In this document: piece after piece, positions 1 through 6,256 of the stretch | How the letters are laid out: the number at the start of each line of letters is the position of its first letter | Numbering within the stretch: position 1 is the stretch's first letter | DNA from: Escherichia phage PhiNW-B1 | DNA length: 40,478 nt | Strand: one strand, 5' to 3' | Sequence record: PQ476010.1 | Position numbers and translations under genes: made by a program | The notes under the pieces: model-generated | Databases searched by the model: none | Seen by the model: only the letters and a program-made list of their open reading frames with translations | What the model was told of the DNA's origin: nothing

Positions 1-264
1 ATGACGCAGATGGACTTAGAGAAGTTCCTCTTGATGCTAGATACTGAACGTGCTCGACTCATGCTGCAAGACCTGCGGGATGACACTAAGCGTTCACCTC
101 AGCTTTACAACGCCATTGAGAAGCTACTGGCTCGTCACAACTTCGTGCTAAGCAAGGTGTCTGTCGACGAGAAGACTCTGGCTGATATGGAGGCCCTGAA
201 CGCAGAGTACGATAAGGTGCTCTCGGCTACGGAAGATAATGACACCGGGTATGGTGTTCAATAA
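1..264 (+). CDS. 18: DNA packaging protein A / small terminase subunit (T7 gp18-like)
   Basis: 87-aa ORF; motif LxMLDT...RSPQLYNAIEKLL resembles T7 gp18 by recall; ATG at window position 1. Confidence 0.85.
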   Translation: MTQMDLEKFLLMLDTERARLMLQDLRDDTKRSPQLYNAIEKLLARHNFVLSKVSVDEKTLADMEALNAEYDKVLSATEDNDTGYGVQ

Positions 265-267
265 GTG

Positions 268-312
268 TTAGACTCAAGGTCATTACTGTATGTAGTGGCC
301 TTTATGGTTAAC
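268..312 (+). promoter_or_regulatory. conserved hairpin element (AAGGTCA / TGGCCTT arms), candidate RNase III processing site upstream of 18.5
   Basis: arms 276-282 and 296-302 pair with one G-U wobble; same element recurs at 5472, 9264 and 16633. Confidence 0.4.
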
Positions 313-366
313 ACTAACTAGTGGAGGAGACTCTACGTGAAAATCTGATAAACCGGGAGGGCAACT

Positions 367-810
367 ATGCTCGAATTTTTAAAGAGAGCGGCTCCGTGGT
401 TACTTGCAGCAGTGATGTTTGCTGGTGGCTACCACACCGCTAACAATAAGTGGGAGGCTAAGGTAAATGCAGAATACACCTCGAATCTTAAGGCATCGGA
501 AGATACAAGGCTTGCTGTCCAAGCTGAAGTCAACAAAGTGTCCAAACGGTTTCAGGACGAAATGTCCTCGCTGGAAGGCAGCACTGATAGGATTATTGCT
601 GACCTTAAGTCTGACAATAAGCGGTTGCGCATCCGAGTCAAACCAACGAGTGGAACCACGCAAAGTGACGGTCGATGCGTCATTGATGATTACGCCGAAC
701 TTGACGAACGAGATGCTAAACGTCTTATCTCCATCGGACTGAAAGGAGACGCTTGGATTAAAGCACTACAGGACACTGTGAGATCATTGCAGCAAGATAA
801 GGAGAAATAA
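367..810 (+). CDS. 18.5: i-spanin (Rz-like, T7 gp18.5-like)
   Basis: 147-aa ORF with N-terminal hydrophobic segment; position after gene 18; RBS GGGAGGG upstream. Confidence 0.8.
   Translation: MLEFLKRAAPWLLAAVMFAGGYHTANNKWEAKVNAEYTSNLKASEDTRLAVQAEVNKVSKRFQDEMSSLEGSTDRIIADLKSDNKRLRIRVKPTSGTTQSDGRCVIDDYAELDERDAKRLISIGLKGDAWIKALQDTVRSLQQDKEK
467..742 (+). CDS. 18.7: o-spanin (Rz1-like lipoprotein, gp18.7-like) embedded in +1 frame of 18.5; true start uncertain
   Basis: ORF wholly inside 18.5 in another frame; lipobox-like LTISGC preceded by hydrophobic stretch ALIGLLLTLSL; N-terminal 35 aa before signal is atypical so start may be internal or non-canonical. Confidence 0.5.
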   Translation: MQNTPRILRHRKIQGLLSKLKSTKCPNGFRTKCPRWKAALIGLLLTLSLTISGCASESNQRVEPRKVTVDASLMITPNLTNEMLNVLSPSD

Positions 811-1196
811 TGCTAACCGACTTTACTTACTCAGATGGGAAGTTGTTCAGGAAGGGACGCGAAGTCGGCTCAATGGACAACCACGGGTATCTAAGGACTA
901 CGGTCAACTACCGTAAGTATCTCGTACACCGTCTAATCTACAAGCTACACAACCCTGAGTTCGACCTTGAGTCAGACCTCGTTATTGACCACATCAACCG
1001 CGACCGAACAGACAACAGGATTGAAAACCTTCGGGCTGTGACTAAGGCTGAAAACAACAGGAACAGGGACCTACCGAGAGGCGTGTCTTATTGCAAACAG
1101 ACCGGGAAGTGGAAGGCTATCCAACCTCGCTGGCTCGGTCGATTTGATACTGAACAGGAGGCCATAGATGCAGTTAACGCCGCAAGAGCGGAATGA
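810..1196 (+). CDS. HNH homing endonuclease with C-terminal AP2-like DNA-binding region
   Basis: motif [28 protein letters not shown] (HNH); C-terminal GVSY...WKA...LGRF..EQEAIDA; RBS AAGGAG; ATG overlaps 18.5 stop (ATAATG). Confidence 0.8.
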   Translation: MLTDFTYSDGKLFRKGREVGSMDNHGYLRTTVNYRKYLVHRLIYKLHNPEFDLESDLVIDHINRDRTDNRIENLRAVTKAENNRNRDLPRGVSYCKQTGKWKAIQPRWLGRFDTEQEAIDAVNAARAE

Positions 1197-2931
1197 GGCA
1201 GTAACCAATCGGATGAAAGAAGACTTCGTGTTCTTCTTATTTGTCCTCTGGAAAGCACTTAGCCTACCAGTACCAACCAGATGCCAGATAGATATGGCCC
1301 GTAAGCTCTCCGCTGGGGACAACAGGCGCTTCATCCTACAGGCGTTCCGTGGTATAGGGAAGTCCTTCATTACGTGTGCCTTCGTGGTCTGGAAGCTATG
1401 GAATAACCCAGACTTGAAGTTCATGATTGTGTCGGCCTCAAAGGAACGAGCCGATGCTAACTCCATCTTCATCAAGCGAATCATCGACCTCATGCCTCAG
1501 CTTCGGGAACTCAAACCTAAGCAGGGGCAGCGAGATGCGGTTATCAGCTTCGACGTTGGACCAGCCAAGCCAGACCACTCACCTTCGGTTAAGTCCGTTG
1601 GTATCACTGGTCAGTTGACTGGTAGCCGTGCTGACATCCTGATTGCCGATGACGTGGAGGTTCCGAACAACTCAGCGACTCAGGCTGCCCGAGACCGTCT
1701 GTCAGAGCTTGTGAAAGAGTTCGACGCTATCCTGAAGCCGGGAGGTACAATCATCTATCTGGGTACTCCTCAGAACGAGATGACCTTGTATCGTGAGCTG
1801 GAAGGCCGTGGGTACACCACTACTATCTGGCCTGCTCGTTATCCACGCGACAGGAAGGACTGGCAGTCTTACGGCGACCGTCTGACTCCTATGCTTCAGG
1901 CAGAGCTTGAAGAGGACCCTGAGTCCTTCTACTGGCGTCCTACCGATGAAGTACGATTCGATGATACGGACCTGAAGGAACGTGAGCTGTCCTATGGTAA
2001 AGCTGGCTTCGCTCTACAGTTCATGCTTAACCCTAACCTAAGTGATGCCGAGAAGTACCCTCTGAAGCTCCGTGACCTTATCGTAGCAGACTTGGACCCA
2101 GCGTCTAGCCCAATGGTCTACCAATGGCTTCCTAACCCTCAGAACAAGCGTGAGGACGTTCCTAACGTTGGACTCATGGGTGACTCATACCACACGTATC
2201 AGACTGTAGGTTCTGCCTTCAGTTCGTACACCCAGAAGATTCTGGTCATTGACCCTAGTGGTCGTGGTAAGGATGAAACTGGCTATGCGGTACTGTATCA
2301 GCTCAACGGCTACATCTTCGCTATGGAAGTTGGTGGTATGCGTGGTGGTTATGAAGACTCTACGCTGGAAGCACTAGCTAAGATTGGTCGTAAGTGGAAG
2401 GTCAACGAATACGTCATTGAGGGTAACTTCGGCGATGGTATGTACCTTGAGCTATTCAAGCCTGTAGCGGCCCGTATCCATCCTGCTGCTGTAACTGAAG
2501 TGAAGAGTAAGGGTCAGAAAGAACTCCGCATCTGTGACGTTCTGGAGCCTATCATGGGGTCTCACCGACTTATCGTTAACGCTGCTGCTATCGTCCAAGA
2601 CTACCAGTCAGCCTCTGATAAGGATGGTGTGCGTAACCCTATCTACTCTCTCTTCTACCAGATGACCCGTATCTCTCGTGAACGTGGAGCCTTGGCACAC
2701 GATGACCGACTTGATGCGCTGGCTATCGGTGTACAGTTCTTCGTTGAGTCGATGGCTAAGGATGCCAACAAAGGCGAACGTGAAGTCACTGAGGAGTGGC
2801 TGGAGGAACAGATGGAGAACCCACGGAAAGGCTTCGAGTCCATCCACACTGAGTTCTGGGACAATGGGGTCCGGGTGACTCACGATACGGACGACGAGCT
2901 GGGACTAGGGTCATACGTTACGTTCCACTAG
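1168..2931 (+). CDS. 19: DNA maturase B / large terminase subunit (T7 gp19-like)
   Basis: 587 aa; strong similarity by recall to T7 gp19 ([49 protein letters not shown]); RBS AGGAGG 6 nt upstream. Confidence 0.95.
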   Translation: MQLTPQERNEAVTNRMKEDFVFFLFVLWKALSLPVPTRCQIDMARKLSAGDNRRFILQAFRGIGKSFITCAFVVWKLWNNPDLKFMIVSASKERADANSIFIKRIIDLMPQLRELKPKQGQRDAVISFDVGPAKPDHSPSVKSVGITGQLTGSRADILIADDVEVPNNSATQAARDRLSELVKEFDAILKPGGTIIYLGTPQNEMTLYRELEGRGYTTTIWPARYPRDRKDWQSYGDRLTPMLQAELEEDPESFYWRPTDEVRFDDTDLKERELSYGKAGFALQFMLNPNLSDAEKYPLKLRDLIVADLDPASSPMVYQWLPNPQNKREDVPNVGLMGDSYHTYQTVGSAFSSYTQKILVIDPSGRGKDETGYAVLYQLNGYIFAMEVGGMRGGYEDSTLEALAKIGRKWKVNEYVIEGNFGDGMYLELFKPVAARIHPAAVTEVKSKGQKELRICDVLEPIMGSHRLIVNAAAIVQDYQSASDKDGVRNPIYSLFYQMTRISRERGALAHDDRLDALAIGVQFFVESMAKDANKGEREVTEEWLEEQMENPRKGFESIHTEFWDNGVRVTHDTDDELGLGSYVTFH

Positions 2932-2940
2932 CTTAATGAA

Positions 2941-2989
2941 TAACTATAGGTGAAAACTGCATGAATACGCAGTTAGTAACCTATAGTTA
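2941..2989 (+). repeat. 49-nt palindrome (11-bp perfect outer stem TAACTATAGGT/ACCTATAGTTA with nested 6-bp stem) immediately after gene 19
   Basis: arms 2941-2951 and 2979-2989 are exact reverse complements; inner AACTGC/GCAGTT 2954-2959 and 2970-2975. Confidence 0.6.
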
Positions 2990-3025
2990 CTACCAGTCTA
3001 ACCTACTGTTTTACAAGGAGTTTGG

Positions 3026-3048
3026 ACTTAACTATCACTATAGGGAAG
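3026..3048 (+). promoter_or_regulatory. phage RNAP promoter (phiOR-like), +1 G at 3043
   Basis: ACTTAACTATCACTATAGGGAAG matches the 23-bp consensus repeated 11 times in the window; located between gene 19 and 19.5 as phiOR is in T7. Confidence 0.75.
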
Positions 3049-3227
3049 ACCCCCGGTTACTTATAGTATTACTGTAGTGAATATACATATGCAGACTTTA
3101 TGCAAGACCTTAGGAGGCAGACTCCGAGTTCTTACCTAAGGCTTGCACCGATGGAAGGAGGTGATATTAATCATAATACCTCCAATACAGATAGTCACAG
3201 ACCATAGATACAGGAGGTATGTAGCAT

Positions 3228-3386
3228 ATGGCAAAGACCAAAGCTGTACTTAAAGCTCTGGCGACCAATCGAGCTACATACAGGTTTCTTGCTGCTGTTC
3301 TACTTGCTGCTGGCGTTACTGCTGGAAGTCAGTGGGTCGGGTGGGTCGAGACTCTCATATGTTCTCTGGTGTCTGAGTGTCATTAA
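3228..3386 (+). CDS. 19.5: small membrane protein (gp19.5-like)
   Basis: 52-codon ORF MAKTKAVLKALATNRATYRFLAAVLLAAGVTAGSQWVGWV...; RBS CAGGAGG 9 nt upstream; below the ORF-track size cutoff. Confidence 0.5.
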   Translation: MAKTKAVLKALATNRATYRFLAAVLLAAGVTAGSQWVGWVETLICSLVSECH

Positions 3387-3421
3387 CGCCGTAATGGTAA
3401 CAATCAACGAAAGGAGGTAGT

Positions 3422-3490
3422 ATGGACGAAGAGTCTTACGGTTCGTTCTCTGAAGAGGACTATAAGACGGAGTGGGAATACGCACATTGA
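3422..3490 (+). CDS. 22-codon acidic mini-ORF (MDEESYGSFSEEDYKTEWEYAH), existence uncertain
   Basis: strong RBS AAGGAGG 4 nt upstream of ATG; no homolog recalled. Confidence 0.2.
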   Translation: MDEESYGSFSEEDYKTEWEYAH

Positions 3491-3494
3491 AGAC

Positions 3495-3535
3495 CTAAGG
3501 TCAGTTCATAGCTGACGCTACTCTACTGACCTTAG
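3495..3535 (+). promoter_or_regulatory. hairpin (10-bp perfect stem CTAAGGTCAG/CTGACCTTAG) downstream of 19.5
   Basis: arms 3495-3504 and 3526-3535 are exact reverse complements, 21-nt loop. Confidence 0.4.
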
Positions 3536-3610
3536 CTACTGTAGTCAAGGACTTTAGGTAACACCTTAAGAGAAGCTCACTTAGTGTCATCCTACTTATT
3601 GGTCTATCCT

Positions 3611-3650
3611 AGTGTCGCCTGACCTACGGTCCTTGACCTACAGTGGCTGT
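3611..3650 (+). repeat. short-repeat array (3 copies of GRCCTACRGT) on the right side of the terminal repeat (SRR-like)
   Basis: GACCTACGGT 3611-3620, GACCTACAGT 3625-3634, GGCCTACAGT 3641-3650. Confidence 0.8.
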
Positions 3651-3698
3651 GGCCTACAGTAGTGACGATGAGTTTTGGACCAAAAGTTTGAGACCACA

Positions 3699-3915
3699 TC
3701 TCACAGTTCAAGAACCTCAAGTCTCCCCATAGGCCCTCTTTAAGTCCAGACCAAATGCCCTACCAGTTACTGCTCCTTGCAGTCACAGCCAGTCTATCAT
3801 AAGGTTGGACCGATGGTCAAGACGTTAGGTCGACGATAGGTCTAGGCTATGGCTTAGGGAAGGACGATAGGTGGTGACTATTGGTCTGTCTTTGAGTCTC
3901 TATCTGTATCAGACC
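3699..3915 (+). repeat. putative terminal-repeat segment at the concatemer junction (single copy here); boundaries approximate
   Basis: starts TCTCACAGT...TCTCCCCATAGG resembling the T7 left end TCTCACAGTG...TTCCCCCATAGG by recall; flanked by short-repeat arrays on both sides; contains TATCTGTAT near its end. Confidence 0.45.
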
Positions 3916-3920
3916 ATAAG

Positions 3921-4010
3921 TCACTAACCTACAGTCTCACTAACCTACAGTCTCACTAACCTACAGTCTCAATCATAAGACACCAACACCTACAGTCATA
4001 GACCTACAGT
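3921..4010 (+). repeat. short-repeat array on the left side (3 perfect tandem 16-mers TCACTAACCTACAGTC, then 2 more ACCTACAGT copies; SRL-like)
   Basis: units 3921-3936, 3937-3952, 3953-3968; ACCTACAGT again at 3988-3996 and 4002-4010. Confidence 0.9.
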
Positions 4011-4121
4011 TACTAGACACAAAGCTATAGACTTAAGGTCAAAGACATGTTAGTCAAAGACTATATCCTATTACACCATGGGGCCGACGATAGCTTAATC
4101 AATATTATTTCAAATTACCTA

Positions 4122-4150
4122 TTGACTATAGGTCTAGACTATGGCTTAAT
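4122..4150 (+). promoter_or_regulatory. candidate host sigma70 early promoter (TTGACT-17-CTTAAT)
   Basis: -35 TTGACT 4122-4127 (identical to T7 A1 -35), weak -10; inference. Confidence 0.3.
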
Positions 4151-4262
4151 AGCTTCCGTCAACACGACACGGCAACAACCGGATAGTGAAGACGCCTGGT
4201 CATCCCGGTTAAGTAGACAGCCTGATAAGTCATACGAACAACAGGCAGATGACAGAAAGTAG

Positions 4263-4291
4263 TTGACAAGAAGTAAGACTTAAAGTAGTAT
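4263..4291 (+). promoter_or_regulatory. candidate host sigma70 early promoter (TTGACA-17-TAGTAT)
   Basis: consensus -35 TTGACA 4263-4268, 17-bp spacer, -10 TAGTAT 4286-4291; upstream of first early gene. Confidence 0.45.
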
Positions 4292-4418
4292 GTACCACAT
4301 CAACACGAAACAACGGTGAAGCCTAACACTGAAACAGGCTAGCACGGCGACGACAGCCAGTGCGAATGCTCTTTAACAATCTGGATAACTCTTAATGTGC
4401 GCCGATAGCGACTAACTA

Positions 4419-4450
4419 CAGGGCCTTTTAGTCTACATCTGAAGGCCCTG
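4419..4450 (+). promoter_or_regulatory. hairpin (9-bp perfect stem CAGGGCCTT/AAGGCCCTG), candidate RNase III site before first early gene (R0.3-like)
   Basis: arms 4419-4427 and 4442-4450; followed by ACTGATAGTCACTAAC, which recurs at 4768-4783. Confidence 0.4.
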
Positions 4451-4473
4451 ACTGATAGTCACTAACTTAACGG

Positions 4474-4728
4474 ATGGACACTATGAAACACTTAAGCACA
4501 ATCACTAATCGCAATGAAGTATTCGTGAACACTAAAGGTTATGCGTGGATTCAGCTTAAAGAGATGAGAGGAGCGCGTCACCGTGTGGTAGTTCGCAAGG
4601 TATCAAGCAAGCCGTTCAGCAACTACAGCGTAGATACTATGCGTATAGACAACGAGACTTACCTGATAGACTCGCAGATAACCGTGCGTCCTACAGCGGG
4701 CATCTCAGCTCCTTATTTCGCTAACTGA
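4474..4728 (+). CDS. hypothetical early protein (84 aa)
   Basis: ORF in early region upstream of ocr; no homolog recalled. Confidence 0.55.
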   Translation: MDTMKHLSTITNRNEVFVNTKGYAWIQLKEMRGARHRVVVRKVSSKPFSNYSVDTMRIDNETYLIDSQITVRPTAGISAPYFAN

Positions 4729-4745
4729 GAGTGATTAACTACAGG

Positions 4746-4783
4746 TCGTTAGACTGATAGCGGCCTGACTGATAGTCACTAAC
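4746..4783 (+). promoter_or_regulatory. second copy of early hairpin element (stem CAGGTCG/CGGCCTG plus ACTGATAGTCACTAAC)
   Basis: 7-bp stem with one G-U; shares 5' GA(C/T)TAACTACAGG and 3' CCTGACTGATAGTCACTAAC with element at 4410-4467. Confidence 0.35.
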
Positions 4784-4811
4784 ACATAATTAACTTTGAG
4801 AGGATATAACT

Positions 4812-5315
4812 ATGGAACGTAATGCTAACGCATACTATGAGCTGCTGGCTGCAACCGTTGAGGCATTTATCGAGCGTATTCAGTACGACCACCTGACTCA
4901 AGATGATGACTACAGCGATGCGCTGCATGAGGTCGTAGACGGTCAGGTTCCACACTATTACCACGAGATTTTTACGGTGATGGCTGCTGATGGTATAGAC
5001 CACGAGTTCGAAGACTCTGGGCTGATGCCTGAAACCAAGGACGTAACGCGTATACTACAAGCTCGCATCTATGAGGCGCTTTATAACGATGTGTCTAATA
5101 GCTTGGATGTAGTCTGGTTTGAGGCTGAAGAGGCAGACGAAGAGGATGAATATTGGGTAGTTGACGCTAAAACAGGCGCAATAATTGTGCAAGCTGTAGC
5201 TCTTGAGGTCGCTACTGCATGTGCCAAGGTCAACTATGCAATAGGTCGCCACCTGAAGGTGGAAGACATCAATGATAACGTAGTGTTCGACCCTGCGGCT
5301 GAGGACTGCGAGTGA
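4812..5315 (+). CDS. ocr: Ocr-like anti-restriction DNA mimic (T7 gp0.3 homolog) with about 54-aa C-terminal extension
   Basis: N-terminal ~113 aa align by recall to T7 Ocr ([35 protein letters not shown]); 167 aa versus 117 in T7. Confidence 0.85.
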   Translation: MERNANAYYELLAATVEAFIERIQYDHLTQDDDYSDALHEVVDGQVPHYYHEIFTVMAADGIDHEFEDSGLMPETKDVTRILQARIYEALYNDVSNSLDVVWFEAEEADEEDEYWVVDAKTGAIIVQAVALEVATACAKVNYAIGRHLKVEDINDNVVFDPAAEDCE

Positions 5316-5464
5316 TGGTAACTTATGGTCTCTGCCAGCACCACGTCGCCAACGCCCGGCTTATGGTCAAGACCGGGCGGTTAACCCATGATGAGACTAT
5401 GCGTCTCCTGAAGGTGGTCTACAAGCGCCGCAAGCGCATACACGACAGTTTGCACGCTGAGTGA
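5315..5464 (+). CDS. hypothetical small basic protein (49 aa)
   Basis: ATG overlaps ocr stop (TGATG); [49 protein letters not shown]; below track cutoff. Confidence 0.4.
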   Translation: MVTYGLCQHHVANARLMVKTGRLTHDETMRLLKVVYKRRKRIHDSLHAE

Positions 5465-5471
5465 TAAACGA

Positions 5472-5496
5472 GAGGTCACTACTGATAGGTGGCCTC
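5472..5496 (+). promoter_or_regulatory. hairpin GAGGTCAC / GTGGCCTC, member of the AGGTCA/TGGCCT hairpin family
   Basis: arms 5472-5479 and 5489-5496 pair with one G-U wobble. Confidence 0.35.
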
Positions 5497-5530
5497 AAAG
5501 ATTACCACTTACATTGATAGGAGAATTACT

Positions 5531-5698
5531 ATGAAATTTACAATCATCGCACTTTACGTAACCATTATTCTATCTTGGCTTACTGCGGTGCTCACTGATG
5601 GTAACGCATTACGACTGGGCTGGCTGGCAGTGGACATTATATTCTCTCCGGTAGGTGTCGTGCGCGGTATCTTGATGTGGATTGGACTGGCAGGATAA
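5531..5698 (+). CDS. small hydrophobic early protein (56 aa, predicted membrane)
   Basis: ATG 5531 preceded by AGGAGA 6 nt upstream; track ORF 5489 begins at a GTG without RBS. Confidence 0.5.
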   Translation: MKFTIIALYVTIILSWLTAVLTDGNALRLGWLAVDIIFSPVGVVRGILMWIGLAG

Positions 5699-5701
5699 AC
5701 T

Positions 5702-5899
5702 ATGAGTCTTGCACTATTGATAGCCATAGGCTATGGACTTATCGCCTACGTGCTGGTGAGAGACATCAACAAAGCGCGTAAAGTCTACAAATTCAACTAT
5801 GTACGTCTGGGCCGCTGGACTGTACGTCAACCTAACGGACGATTCATGCGCAACTTAGCGAACGTCTGGGATATAGCAACTATTGGGAGCAAACTGTAA
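5702..5899 (+). CDS. small early protein with N-terminal transmembrane helix (65 aa)
   Basis: MSLALLIAIGYGLIAYVLV hydrophobic N-terminus; tightly packed after previous gene. Confidence 0.5.
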   Translation: MSLALLIAIGYGLIAYVLVRDINKARKVYKFNYVRLGRWTVRQPNGRFMRNLANVWDIATIGSKL

Positions 5900-6159
5900 T
5901 GAAAACCGTATACATTAACAAACCATCTAGCCATAGCCGTGTAGAGCAAATAGAGCGTGACATGTTCTTACATCGCCGCATGAGGGCTGAGGGCCATAAG
6001 TACGAACTGATGAGTCTGGCGTTTGGTGGACGACCGATCACTGACGATGGTAAACTTTTAGTCTCAGGCTGGAAGGCGATAGACCAACGGTCAACCATCA
6101 AGCACACGACTCACGGTGACTTCAGCCATCTCCACGCTAACCCACTGATATGCAAGTGA
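5899..6159 (+). CDS. hypothetical early protein (86 aa)
   Basis: ATG overlaps previous stop (TAATG); no homolog recalled. Confidence 0.55.
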   Translation: MKTVYINKPSSHSRVEQIERDMFLHRRMRAEGHKYELMSLAFGGRPITDDGKLLVSGWKAIDQRSTIKHTTHGDFSHLHANPLICK

Positions 6160-6164
6160 TTATG

Positions 6165-6187
6165 ACTTAACTATCACTATAGGACTC
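6165..6187 (+). promoter_or_regulatory. phage RNAP promoter immediately upstream of the RNAP gene, +1 G at 6182
   Basis: ACTTAACTATCACTATAGGACTC matches the window consensus. Confidence 0.65.
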
Positions 6188-6256
6188 AAGGTCTAAGACT
6201 CCAAGTGAAAGACCAAAGAGACTTTAAGTGAAAGACTAATAACAAGGACTTTAAGT

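Noticed and set aside
1427-1618. Alternate-frame ORFs inside terminase and other long genes (e.g. 1427-1618, 2678-2878, 27632-27856)
   Set aside because: Nested out of frame in conserved genes without RBS; only the gene 18.5/18.7 pair has the lipobox signature that justifies an embedded gene.
3921-3968. Perfect tandem 16-mer repeats: CRISPR array?
   Set aside because: Units are directly adjacent with no spacers, only 3 copies, and they match the short-repeat arrays that flank terminal repeats in T7-like phages.
4047-4262. 71-aa + strand ORF in the early promoter region
   Set aside because: Covers the segment holding host-type promoter candidates, ends exactly at the TTGACA -35 box, and has no RBS; more likely non-coding leader.
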